Made by a program: the position numbers and the translations under genes. Positions 26,126-39,900 of a stretch of DNA of 64,000 nt are shown piece after piece (the stretch's first letter is position 1; each line of letters starts with the position of its first letter). Under the pieces are notes generated by a model. It was not told where the DNA came from and ran no database searches. It saw nothing but the letters and a program-made list of their open reading frames with translations. This DNA is from Thalia democratica (taxonomy: Eukaryota). The stretch is taken from the NCBI GenBank assembly GCA_965202585.1, contig OZ241829.1:61628001-61692000 (forward strand). The letters are read 5' to 3'.

Positions 26126-28777
26126 GGCAGAATTGTGTCGTATATTTTGGAAAGTCGGCAAAAATGACAGGCTTAAAAAATATTTTTTTTTTTTAAGTTT
26201 ATGAAAAAGAAAGCTAGAGGTTAATGCCTTTACAATATCAACACAGGTGCTTAAAGATTGATACTCGTGATTTAAAATGAAATATTTGAACAAAAAAAAA
26301 CTATTCGAAAATAAATAAGGAAACCACAGTAAAAGTTTTTTACTGATCTAAACTTTCTTTAACATGCTATAAAATTTGTAGCTTAAATTAAATTTGGTTT
26401 CGCAATTAACCTTTATAGGTTTCAAAATATATCAAAATCTATAAGCGTGAAGTTTTACAAAAATTAAAAAACTATAACTTAGTTCGTCAATCTTTAAGAA
26501 TGCATATGCAAAATTACTTTGAATATTTATTGTTCAATAACTGCTTTTATTACATATGCAGAGTTGTTGTATTTCTTTTCTTTTCTTTTTTTGATGATTA
26601 TTTTTAATTTTTCGATTTCATGCTTCTTTAAGCTGCACAAAGTACACGTATAAGCTGCTTTCTTTTTTATAGAATTTATAGATATAGAAGATCATTATGA
26701 AGGTTATAAAAACATTTAAAAACTACTAAAACTGTTTAGTCATTAAATTTTGTGTTAGTTGTGTTGTTACACTTGATTGTTTATCGTTTTATAACTTTAA
26801 AACCTGGGATATTTTTTGTATTTGTAATGTTAAATCATAAGTAAATTTAACATTATGATTGATTTGAGTTAACGAGTTAAGAAAAACTGCAAAATGTTTA
26901 GTTAATAAATACTACTAAAACTCGTATACTAAATCTTATAACTTATTTTCAAAATATAGTATTAGTACGAGTTAAAAAATGAAACTAACTGTTTTTTTAG
27001 ACTAATGTTTTTTCATTAATATACCATGTTAGTATTATGCAACAAAACTTAAGTTATAGATTAATAAATGCAGAGGTGCGTAATGATGTAAAAAAAAATG
27101 TGGCGATAAATTATTATTGCGAAACCGCAAGATTTAAGAGCCTAAAGCAAGTTGTACATGAAAAAATCTACACTTTATGTGTTGCTATGGTAAAGCTTTG
27201 TTGTATAGATAGATTAAAAATAATCAGATCATTCCTAATATATGTTTCTATTTACTAAAAAAAGATTGAATAGTAAAATTTAATACAAAATTCGTTTACT
27301 AGGTCGTAAAAAAGCTAAAGTAATTATAGTAATAAGTTTAACTACAGTAAAAGTAAATTTACTTTTTAGCTGTTGATTTTCAGGAAATTTAAATTGTGTT
27401 CGTATTATTATTAAAACTATCTAGAAGAAAAAATTTAACAGTTTTGGAAATTACAACAAAATATTAAACTTAATTGCTTATTTTTATGAAACTTTGTTAT
27501 TAGTATTTTTAAAGCTTTTTTTAATTTTTTTGGTTGAACCAACAGCAAACTTTTTGTTTGTTAGAAATTCTAATTGACAAGAATTACTTAGTAGCACTTC
27601 AAAGGTAGTTAATGCGTGACTGTAAAATAAAACCACATTCATATATACCTCAAAAAAGTGCTCATATAATAATTTGATTAGAGAAAGAGCAATAAAATAA
27701 AACGACAACAATTATAAAAAAATTTGAAAATCTTTTATGTATTAGTTATCAACATATTATCCTTTTTCGTATAAACGAAAGTCAATCAGTAATTTAGCTA
27801 TAAAAAGGCAGAAGTTTATATGTAACTTTTTCTTTAGACTAAATCACTAAACAGTAGCATATACTTTATTTAATGTTTTAATTTTCTAAGTTACACTTGT
27901 TTTTACTTATTTTACATGTTAGGAAAATCAATAATCTAAGAAAATTATTTGTCTAATGGTTTATTTCCATTTACAAATGTGATGCTTTTTTTTATGCTAG
28001 TTATAAAATATTTCTATAGAACAACAATAAAAGAATTACAACTTAAATTGACATTTTATCAAAAAAATAATACTTTTAGTTTACCTTTTTCGATAAAATA
28101 ATTTTTTTATAAAGTAATTATTTCGAGTATTTTCGAAAGTGTTTAAAAATAATCAAAACTTAATAAAATTTAAAGCTGTGAAAATATTTTGCTATTTGAT
28201 GAAAAAACCGCTAAAATAAAACTAGAAAACCTGGTTTTGCGCATTATTAAATTTACCTGTTCTAGTAATGTTTAATAATTCTTAATATTGTTTACAAAAT
28301 TTTGCATATACCCTAAAGCTTTTTTTTTTGATAAAAAAAAGGTAAATCTATATAAGTTTTTTAAGAGCAATTAGTTTAAACGATCTAAATTTTACACTAT
28401 CTAAAAAACAGTTTTTTTTTTTTAATTTGAAAAATTGTTTATATAAGAAACTGAAGCTTTAAAAAACCACTGTTAAATAAAAAAATAACTAAATAAATCA
28501 ACAAAAGAGTTGTACATAGGTTTCAACTTAAAAATGTTAAACAAAGTTAAATTACCAAGGTAATGACATTAGTAAAAATGTTTTTATGTTGAAATTAATT
28601 TTAACTGACACGTTTTTTTTGTATAAATCTTTCAGTATTTTACGTTATATTGCGTTTCAAATAATTTTTTCATGTATGATAACTATATCACCTTTTTTAA
28701 AACACTTAATGATAGCTTCAAATAAAGCAAGTTTTATGACATCACAGATTGTCAAGTAGAATAGGTAAACGCTCAAC

Positions 28778-31700
28778 ATGATAAGTGTTGTAGCAAATAT
28801 TTTTCATATTTTGCTATTTGCCAACATCGTGTTATGTGATAACGATTGTGCTCCTTACAATCAGTTGGTTAGAAATAATCTAAAAGGAATTGCTAGTGAC
28901 TACTTGGCATCAATGAATGATTCCATCACAGAAGAAAAATATGCAAAAATTTATAACAAAGTCGAATCTATGTTCTTCAAAGAAAAGTGATTTTTAAACT
29001 TAAATACTTCTTTTTAATGTGCTCGATAAATGACTTAAAATAACTACATAATTCAGTCATTTCTATATATTGCTTTAGAATGAATTTATATAAAAGTTTA
29101 TTAGTTAGAACTATTTAAGAGAATACTTTTATAGTACATCAATTTTCATAATATCGACTGACTAGTTTGTTCTTATAGCTAATTAAATTTATTATTATTA
29201 CTTTGTATAAATCTACCAAAATTTACCATATTTTTTTTTTATATCAAGAATAACTAAATAAATATATATATATATATATATGTACTATTTTAAAATAAAT
29301 TGCTATAGTTTTGGAGCTACAAGCTCTTCTAGTCAATTTGTGAAACTTTCTTTAATATTGTCTTACTGTGATGTACCAGTGCAAGGCACAGATGAGAACA
29401 AACTCAGGCAAGCTGTGCATGAGCATGTGCAGAATGGAGATTTCGAAAGTGGTGCGGAAAAATTAGGAACGCTTTTGTTGTTGCTTAATAAGTTTTTCGT
29501 GGCACCAGAAGTTGGAGTGAAGGACAGATGTTTGACAATAAAAAACAGAAAATCTGCTCGTTTTTTGATGTCTGAAGAATTTAAAATGTTTGTTTATAAA
29601 AGAACTACTATACAATCTGTATTTACTGCACGAACTAACTTTTTTTTTTTAAATACTGAGTTATAGTAAATATTTTGGTTAGTTTATCGTGAAAATAAGG
29701 TTTGCCTTTATAAATTTTAAACAATGTGAAAAAAAACGGGTGTTTAAATCACAAATTAACATATATGTTATAAGCTTATAGTATAATAATTTCTCGTCTG
29801 AGTCTAGACTTAAGATTCTAGAAACTCAGATTCAAATAAGTTAACTACTATTGAAAACAGTATAAGAAACACAAGGAGACTTTAAAAAAAAACATCTTAA
29901 TATAATTTTAAAAAAATTACAGACTGCGTAAACGAGTAGGGAATGTATTATTTGAAAACTTCTTTGGTATTTTTGCTTCATCGGAAGAGAATAACAACTA
30001 TGTTGATGACAGCTACTTTAATATTTTGTTTTCAGTAAGTTTTTGAAACCGTGAACGCTTTAAAAGTCAAATTACTATAGTATATGATAAAAGACACCTA
30101 CTCTTAAGTGCTATAAAATTATCTCAAGTAGTCGTTTTAATTGATATTTCAATAGAACTTAATTGTATACTTTTTTTTCATAAAGAAAATTAATTAATTT
30201 TTCTATATCGTATCTTTAAACATATTGTGTTATGATAGAGAAATTTAATAACTTTGTATTTTCCAAACAACTTTAAAAACTTAGCTAGTTACCCACATTT
30301 TCATTAATTGTTGTTGAGCTAAAATTACTTACATTTTACGAAACCAGCTTTTTCTGCTTAGATTTTCTGTATTATTCTAAAATAAAATCAAATAATTAAT
30401 TTTTAGTAACATAAGTAAGTAAAAAATTTCACCTGCGTTTTACATAGGTGTAGTTACATAAAAACAACTTTAGTCGTACTAGTAATTTTTTTTGGATTTA
30501 CACCTTCTATTTAAGTTAAAAACGTCCAATTACTTAGTTATACAAACTCTATAGCAATCTATATAATTTTCTAAATATTTAGTTATACATACAATGTTTA
30601 GTTTATAAGTTTTATGGAAATGAACTGTAACTAGGCATAAAATGATGATAAGCTTAAAATTTAAGCAACTATTTTAATTAGGAGGACTTAAAAGGTTATA
30701 GTCAACGAAAAAAGCGAAACATTGAAGAAAATTTAATTTCTAATAAAGACTACGTTGTAATTCGTAAGCAGGAGTTTGGTATTAAAGGTTTGTATGCAAA
30801 AATTAGTAAACATTTATTGTTATATATTTAAAAATTTCAGATAACTAAACTGTATAAAGTGTTTAACTTAAATGGTTTAAAAAAATTCAAAATAAATTTT
30901 AATTCTAAAAAGTTCTAATATAAACTTAAAATTATTTTATCGCAAAGTAAAGATAACTGATTATTTAAACTTCAAAACTTCAGGCTTAAAGCTTTAACCT
31001 TATGAGTATAAACAAAACTTTTAATATTAATTTTATAGTATTTTTTAACCTTACAACCCAACTTAGGCTTATATGTATAAAGACTTCTATATGAAAAACT
31101 TACAGAAAATATTTCATTAACATTTAATGTTGATTGTACCATAAGAAAAATTGCTATTGAAGCTTCAAAAAAATGTGGTGGTTTGCAGCTTTTTGCAAAT
31201 AATGAAACGAAAGGAAAGACTGTGAAATGGTTTTGTGATATTCATTTACTTATAAAAATATTAAGTATGAAACCAAAAGTTTCCTTTTTAACTATTCTTT
31301 AACCTAACTTTTTGATAAATTAACATTTTCTGTTCACTAAATATGTTATAAGATGCATTTAATAGTAATTGGTTTAATACAAGCATTTAAGCCTACATTA
31401 AACTTGAAAAAAAATAGAGATATTTCATAATCGTGTTTATCTTGGTTTTGTTATGTATTTAAACATTTTGTAGTTTTTGTTTTACTAGTTTTAAGTACAA
31501 CTTTAGGTTTGACGACAAACTAGAGCTCGTAATACCAGTTCATAAAAGATTTGGTGAATGGAAATTAGAATCTTTGAATCAAGTCAAGAAAGGATGTCAG
31601 GTAAAAGTTGGAGGCCAATCAACTATGGGATTCTTTCACACTTCAATTGCATCAAAAAACATTCAGGGATCTTTTAAAGTTTGTTATTTTTTGATTCAAT

Positions 31701-34700
31701 TTGATTGTAGTTCATACCTTTAAAGTAAATAAAAATTTTAGTATACTACTTCTTTGAATTAATAGCTAGATTTAAAAAATAGTTAACAGTTTAAGTAAAA
31801 AACTTACCAAGTTATTCAAAACGAGATAAAATTATTAATGAACTAATTAACAACAAAATATTCTAATACTTTAACTAAAGTATAATCATCATTTAATAAA
31901 TCAGTATTTAATTGAAAAAAGCTGTAGTACAAACTAAAAAAAAGTATTTAAACTGAAATGTTTAGTTCAATTAACTAAAGTGAACTCAGTTTCATTGTGT
32001 ACAAATCTCAAAATAGCTTGTTATTTTTCATTCTTAGTTATTTCAAAATTTTTGTGCAATTTTAAAACAGGTTATGCATTCAAAACCAACATTAAACACT
32101 GAAATGAGTGCATTACTTGACTTTTACGGGCTGACTCGATCAAATACGACGTACAAAGCACAGACTGTTAGGTTAAAAAATTGCCTATAGAGTATTCTAC
32201 TAAATGATAGTATGAAACTATGTTAACTAACTTTTTAGAAGACATTGATCATAACAAAGATAAATAAATCAACTTTCATTACTTATAAACAAAATTTAAG
32301 AAATTCAAAACACTTACAGTAACTAATTAATGTTTATTTTACAAATAATGATTAACTAGTATTCAAAGTAGAACTTAACTTCTATAAAAAAAAACAATTG
32401 TAAATTTACTTAATTTCAATCTTATGGATTAAGTTATTCTCTATGTTGTTTCTGTAACTAGTTACTAAATTGTTATAAAACTATTCTTTGTAAGAAACTT
32501 TTTAAAGTGCTTTTTTGAAATTATATTTAAAAATTAGAAATTAAAAACACTTAAACAGTTTGTATAACCTAAAATAAAATCAATAATTCAATTATAAGAG
32601 TTTAACAATAAAATAATTTTAAATATTGTAAAGCAGTGTAAAATTTATTAATTTTTACAAAAACAGTGTTAAATTTAAACATTTTTAGATTGGTTAGAAA
32701 AATTTGACATTTTGTTGATTTTACTTTATTTTTGTAAGTAGATTTATAAACATCTACGGAGACGACATAGTAGATCCAATCAACTTTGACATTCCTGTAA
32801 GTGATGAAGGAACTGCTACATTGAAACTTCCACAAATTACTTCTTCATTCAGGCTGATGGTTGAAGGAATCAGTAACACAGGTTTTATTACATTTAAACA
32901 TAGCTTTAGTGTACCACTAATAATAAAATTATTAGACTGTGTTGTGCTTTGACGTAAATATTGTGAAGTGTTATAGTTATTGTGAACACTGAGATTTAAA
33001 AAAAAATCTAAAATTACATTACATAAAACAAACTAAATAAAGTACTCTTAAGGTGTCAAATTTATGAGAATGGATCCAAGGCTGATAGAAATTTCCAATT
33101 TAAAGATTGAGTACGATTCTGATTTACTGAAAGCTAAGCCAGGTAAAAAAATCAGAATTCCAGTGAATGTTACGAATTATGGTGAAACAGTTAGTACATT
33201 TCATAATTTTTCAAAATTTAGTTATACAATTTTTTATTGAGCAATAAGTTTTATATCTCATTTTATTTTCTATTTAAAAGGTAACTCATGTTTGTAAAAA
33301 ACTAGTTATTCTCACAAACTAACGGTAACAAATTTTAAAGAGTTACTAATAATATAATGTTTACAAAGTTTTGAAAATCAATTGTATACAAAAGCCAATA
33401 ATTTCTTATTGAGTGAATCAATTAGCTCTCTTTAAGTATACTTTTAATAATGATACGTATTTAGATAATTAACAATGATTATAAAACAATTTCTATACTT
33501 TATGATATTCTTCAAAGAACTTACAGAGATCTCTATTTTAAGAAGAAAATAAGTGCTGTTTTTCTTTCAAAATAATACTCAGTAAACAAAGTTTCGCTCA
33601 GTGAGCTCATCAGTACTTACATTTAAATCTTTTTCATACTCTTATTTCTTGAATGAAATATTATTTTTGAATAGCACAAGTACTGGTGAGCTCATTGAGC
33701 GAAACTTTATTAACTGATAAAAATTTTGAAAAAATAAATTGTATAAAAATTAATATCTATAAAAAACCTCAAAACTTTTATTCTTAAGACTAGATACAAC
33801 CACCTCAACTTGCTTGGATAGAATTTATTATAACAAGGAACAAAAAGAAAAGATCGATTTCTTTATGTTATATTGATATATAGTATACTTCTTTTTTCTC
33901 AAAATATTGTTTAACTATTTTCTGACCTTCAAAAATATCTAGTATAGTTTAAAAAATTATTAAATAAATAAAAATCGACTTTATTTTTGGGTTATGGTCT
34001 TGAAAAAACTAATTTTTAATAAATTAGTGTTTCTTTAATCGACAATCCTACGTAAATAGAATAAAATAATTAAGAAAAAAACAGAAGTATATAAAAACGT
34101 TTTTGATAGTTTTAATTTATAAAAACAAACCTTAATTATTTTAATTTTTCTGAGTTAATTCCTTTAAGGGCTTTAAATTCACCTAAATTTGTTTCATAGA
34201 AGTTAGTAAGAGTTAGATAAATAGTTAAGAAATTTTGTTCACAAAAAAATACCGAGGTAGAATCTAATAAAAATAACATATTTAGAAAATAAATAAACAT
34301 TTTTTGGTAAGTTTTTTAAGATAAATACTATAGATTACAACAGTATAAAAAAACTTAACTAAGTAGGACTTTAATTAAATTTTTCAAAAAAAAAACTAAT
34401 TCTCGAAAGATTTTGTTATAATTTATTAGTTAAACTACGGTTTAGAACTTAAAATTTTAAAAATAGTAAATAAAAGACTAGAGTGCTTTTAAAGCTTTGA
34501 TGAAGTTTTCAAACTATCTTTTTAAATTAGAATTGCTCAAGCTTTTATATAACTTTAAATAGTTTGTGTTAGAAAAAAAAATTATATAGTTTTCGTAAAA
34601 AACTTACGTATTATCTTTTTAGAATTTTCTAAATACATAAAATTTATTTTGATAGCTTTAATTTAAGGAATTCTAAATACGTTTCTTTTTAGCAATTATC

Positions 34701-34990
34701 AAAAAAAGATTAAGAACAATCTTAAAAGTTCGAATGTAGATTTTTATTCAAAGCTCGTTTACTCGAATTAAAAGTAGAATCTGTAGAAAAATTATAATGA
34801 ATGTTAATACTTTTTAGTTTTTTATTTTAAAAGGATATAATAAAACTTGACTCATGGGATGAACTTGACTATGCTACAGTGGAGCCCCTTCAGAAAAGAA
34901 TTCTGACTAATCAAACAAAAAAATTCTATCTTATACTCAGTGCACCTGAAGAAGCTGCAATTGGTCTGACTTCAAAAACTGTTGTGATTG
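28778..34990 (+). CDS. Secreted VWA7/hemicentin-N-terminus-like protein lacking the vWA domain; 10 exons, ~480 aa, 3' end unresolved
   Basis: Signal peptide MISVVANIFHILLFANIVLC; phase-consistent exons 28778-28986, 29309-29491, 29923-30034, 30682-30787 (or -30763), 31106-31229, 31507-31678, 32071-32171, 32742-32881, 33053-33189, 34834-34990. Motifs NGDFESGAEKLG, SLTFNVD, GEWKL, VKVGGQSTMGF, FRLMVEG...GVKFMR, KPG...VNVTNYG recall VWA7. Possible terminal exon 36311-36369, or splicing to 37000. Confidence 0.62.
33588..33708. mobile_element. Intronic hairpin MITE
   Basis: 31-bp arms AAAGTTTCGCTCAGTGAGCTCATCAGTACTT (33588-33618) and AAGTACTGGTGAGCTCATTGAGCGAAACTTT (33678-33708), 29/31 complementary. 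Confidence 0.65.
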
Positions 34991-35001
34991 GTTAGAATTT
35001 C

Positions 35002-35090
35002 AATTTTGACACCTATCAATTAGTTTGTTACGAAAATATATAGAAGTATTTTTCTTAAATTACCATAACTGCAAAATGTATTTGTTGTTT
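35002..35090 (+). repeat. ~90-bp direct repeat, second copy at ~36795-36884
   Basis: AATTTTGACACCTATCAATTAGTTT...GCAAAATGTATTT(T)GTTGTTT in both places. Confidence 0.7.
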
Positions 35091-36999
35091 ATATGTTGGA
35101 TTTTTAAACTTAAACTAATATTAAACTTAGGCATAGATTACAATTGTAAGAGTTGTAGACAGATCAACTTAAAACTTAATCTGGTATAAATGTTTAACAT
35201 TTAACAAATAAAAGTTGTTTAATGATAGCTTTAGTTAAAAGCCTAATATAAGTTATTGGGTTACATGACAATTCAAATTCCGACATTTCAAATTGTTAAA
35301 AAGATGTTTAAATGGCCAAAGCTCAAAAAGTAACATATATTTGAAAAAAAAAATATTGCGTATATAGGTTTTACTAAAACATAAAAACTATTCTTTTTGT
35401 TTTTGCAAAAACAAAAATTTAACAAACTCTATCAATTACTAAAAATTACTTTATTTCAGTAATTTTTTTAGCCTTAACTTCAAAAAAAGTTTTTAGGATT
35501 TAATTAGACCTACATACGAAATTTTTGTTATTTACACATATGTAATATTTTTTGAGTTGTGACCATTTCAAATAAGCTTAATAATTTGAATAGTCGTGCA
35601 CCCAAGTTATTGCTTGTGTTGTTTCAACAATAAAATCATCATTGAAATTTTTTAACAGGTAAGTTAGCTGTAACTTACTATATATAGTTAGAACTATAAG
35701 TGAGTAAACTAACATTGGTATAGTAGTATACAGGCTATAAAAAAATTATAAACTTTTTCAATTTAATTTAGAAAAATATAGTTTTGTGGATAAAACTAAA
35801 CCAACATGCACTTACTTAAGAAATTATACTTCAACGTTCGTTTGTTTGAATTTCTTTTCATTTTATATCCGTAGACTATCTTCACAAATTTTTATTCCTG
35901 TGGAAAATATTACGACTTAAAATCTTAAATATTTATTAACACTAAGTTAAGATGTTAAAACTAAAAAAAAAATTGTACAGTTAGTAACAAAATTTTTCAC
36001 AAAAAAACTAAAAATTGATTTAACTTCTAAATATTGTTTAGTACAGCATAATATATTATTGAAAGTTACTACTGAGTATTTTATTTTTTATGTTAAGCTG
36101 TTAGAGAGAATGTATGTGTTTTTTGATAAATTACAATATTTTAACTTTAAAAAATTTTAACGGCTTTATTTTTGTATGAATTATTGTACTTCTTTGTTTA
36201 TTGTGTAAATATATTTATAAAAACAAACAATAAGATAAACAACTGCCTTATAAACAGTTTGATCCTCTGTGAAAACTTTTAATTTATATAAAGTTCGTAT
36301 TTAATTACAGTTAATGAAAATGACCAAGGTCTAAAGATTAAAGTATTTGAGCCACTCATTAACATCTAATGATTGTTGATATCTAGTTATGCAAAGGTGA
36401 AGGGAAAGGCGATAATCTTTGTGAACTAAGTGTCAACTTTTACTACTCCTAGGAATAAAAAATAAAGTTTTAAAAACTAAAATTTAATTATACAGTTTAA
36501 TATTTGCGTGTTAAAAACTAAGGTTAAGTTAAGAATTAATATATTTTTAAGTTTAAAATTTACTATATTTGATGAAGCAATAGCTAAATAAACAACGTAA
36601 AGAGTTTCCCAAAATGGGCGGTACCTAGTAAAGAGGGCGATCAAGAAAATTAGTTTGAGAGACCTTGATATAAATAGTGTTTAAAAAATGTTTTAGGTTT
36701 TGCTTAGATGTTGATTTTTTTAGGTATAGTTTAAAATTAAAGGGTTTGTTAACCAGTGCGAAAAAAAACGCCCTGTTGAAAATTAAAGCCTTAGAATTTT
36801 GACACCTATCAATTAGTTTTTTACCAAAGTATATATAAGTATTTTTATTAAATAACCAGAGTTGCAAAATGTATTTTGTTGTTTTCATAATTGATTAAAA
36901 AAAGATTAGTGATAGTATTTTATTTAATGTTCAAATGTTAAAGGTACTAATTGAATTGGTAAAATCTTAACGAAGCTTTTAACAAAAAAAAAATCAAAG

Positions 37000-39900
37000 G
37001 TCGTCGCAGAAGATCAACTTCGGCATCTCAAGTTTCTATTTCAACTTCCGTAGTAACTTCAGAGTTTAAATCTCTTAAAATTAATTTCATCCACGTGACA
37101 GCAAAAATTAACTCAAGGTTTTTATTGTCTTACATTTCTACTTTTGATATTTTTTTTGTAAAGTAAGCTAAGTTAAATAACAAGATTTGCCGAGACAACA
37201 GTGAAGACTTCTGTCACAAACAATGATGATAAAGCAAGAGAAGCAGAAGTTGATGTGTTGATTCCCATGGACGCTTTCGTAACGAAGTTTACTATGGAAG
37301 TTGGTGAAAAAATATTTGAAGGTAAAGTAGAAGAAAAACAGAAGGCGAAGAAAATATTTGAAAATGTTGGTAAAGTTAATTTTTTTTCAGCAAACTGTTT
37401 CTTTATCTTTGATTTCCATACGTTTGTGTTTTGTTGTTTTGTTGTTTTGTTGATGTAACTTAAAAACTAAGTAAGTTGTTAAACATGAATACAATATTTA
37501 ATTTCCTAAAAAAAAAATAGTGTGTTAGTTTTTAAATTTATCAGGTATGTATATATTATTAAAAACCGTTGAAAATCATTAATTGAATTAAAATAAGCCA
37601 ATTTTAACAATAATGTGAAATTAAAGGCTAAACAAAGCAACAAGACTGTAGGTGAAGTTGCTTCAAGAGAGAAATCAGAAAGAGATTTCAAACAGAGCAT
37701 GGTTACTGCACCCGGTGAAACAATTGTTTTCACTGTAGTATATCAAGCGTTATTATATAGGGTTAGTTGAATAAATGTATTTGAAGTTAGTTTAAACTGT
37801 AATCTCTTTCTGACAAAAAAGTGTCATAGTAAAAAATAATTATTTTTTAAATGAGTTTCATCTACTCATAAAATACATAACAGTTTGATTCGGGATATAA
37901 CTACAAAGTAATGCTGAATCCAAATCAGCCAATTACCAAACTTACTATAGACGTCTTTATTGTTGAGGAAGCACTTCTTAAATATGTTAAGACTCCAGGC
38001 TTTTCAGATGACATCAATTCAATTTTTGATCCTAAATCTGTATCTGAGGAGCCTCCTAAATCTTCAAAAATTACTTTCAGGTCAGATAAAATAACATTTT
38101 GCTTCATTTATTTATTTTAAGACAAAATTTAAGTTGTAATGAAGTTTAGATTTTTTAAACAATTACAAAAGCCTCTAGTTAAAAAAAGGAACAGTTAACA
38201 GTAAATGGTTACAGTAATTTATATTTAAACATTAGCTTTTTAGTTTTAAATTTTGTTATTTAGGTTATTTGACTACCAAAATAAGATATTAAAGTAATAA
38301 CCTATTAAGTTAAATACAAAGCTCTTATTTTTGCCTATAAAAACAAGCATTTAATTTACGCAGCAACGATAGAAGATCATGTCATATAAAATTCCAACCT
38401 ACAACGGAAGAGCTTAATAAACTTTACAACTACATGTCAGAGTTCAAGAACATATTCCAGTTAAAGGGTGCTTACACTGTACTTTATGACGTTGAAGGTA
38501 CTGATATGTATGGAAGCATGTCTGTTAATAACGGGTATGTCAAAATTTAGTTTAGGCAATATAGCAAATGCAAAACTATTTCTAATAAGTCAAAAAGGTT
38601 AACTTAGTAAGTTAAAACAGAGTGTTTTAGTTTTGAGAAATAATAAATAAAAAACTTTTAAGTTAATTCTAGTTTACTGTTTTCACAAAAGTATTAAGTT
38701 AAAAAAAAATTTAAAGATGCTGATTTGATAATCAAAGTAATACTTAACAATGGTTTTGATACAAATCATACATAGATATAAGTCATGAACCATTCCAATT
38801 TTAAACACTCATTTAAAAATTGTTCCTTTTGTAAACATACTTATTTAAAAAACGGTCTAATAATAGTTGATCTCAATGATATCAAAAAATGCATAACAAT
38901 TATTATTATAACTTTTCGCATTATTATTAATAAGTAAACATACTGTATTACTGTTTATAAAGAATGCAGCGTTTTTATTTTTGTTGTTCTGTTTTGATTA
39001 ACATTGTTTTAATCATTTAACCAACTATCAACGCAAGCTGTAGAACGTAACGTATTGTGTAATACAGATACTTTAGTTACTGATAATAGAATTTTACTGA
39101 GCACAGTAAAATAATTATACGAACATTACGAAAAGCAGTCTAATAACTAACAACTTAACTTTAACACAAACTTTTACATACTGTTTTCCTCGCAGCTACT
39201 TCGCTCATTTCTTTGCTGCCCGAACGCTTCCTACTCGACCGAAAACTATCATGCTTATAATGGACAGTCCATATTATATTGCAGCACAACAACAAGCGAA
39301 AGCTTCGATGATTGAACTTATTAACCTTCTTGACGAAAATGTCAGGCGCTTGTTTCATAAATAAGATACTTTATATGTCACTTTCTTAAGATTCAGTTTT
39401 AGAACAGTTTAGATCAGGGTTTCCCAAACTCATTTTCATGAAAGCCTCTTTTTCAGAAAATAAAAAAAATTATCGTCTTCATTTATTACAAACCCCAGAA
39501 AATCTAGAGTAAGTTTCAAGACTCGGGTAAATTGTGCCTAAGACCCTTTTTTGTTGCTAAGATGACCCTCAAGGGACCGCTTTGGTAAACCCTGGTTTAA
39601 ATAAAGTATGAATACTTTAAAAGAGACCTGATTAAATCCAAGTAAAATCACTGTTTATTTAAAACTTTACGTAAAAACTATTGTAAAGTTATACCTTTTT
39701 ATAAACTTGTCAAACAAAGTATCGAACTGCATTTAACTTAATTAACTACTAGTCCGTTAAAAGCAATAAAGGACTTAACTTTTAAACTTCGTTTTTCAAC
39801 TAAGATTTTTATTGCTTTTACTCTTACATATAATGTTTAAAGCTCAACTGAAAACAGTTTATTTTAACTTCAAGGACTTTTTTAATGTAATGCTGTATCA

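Noticed and set aside
35586-35925. Possible extra exons (35586-35658, 35876-35921) ending the VWA7-like gene
   Set aside because: They need a weaker phase-0 donor at the preceding exon and show no recognisable homology; not excluded, but unsupported.
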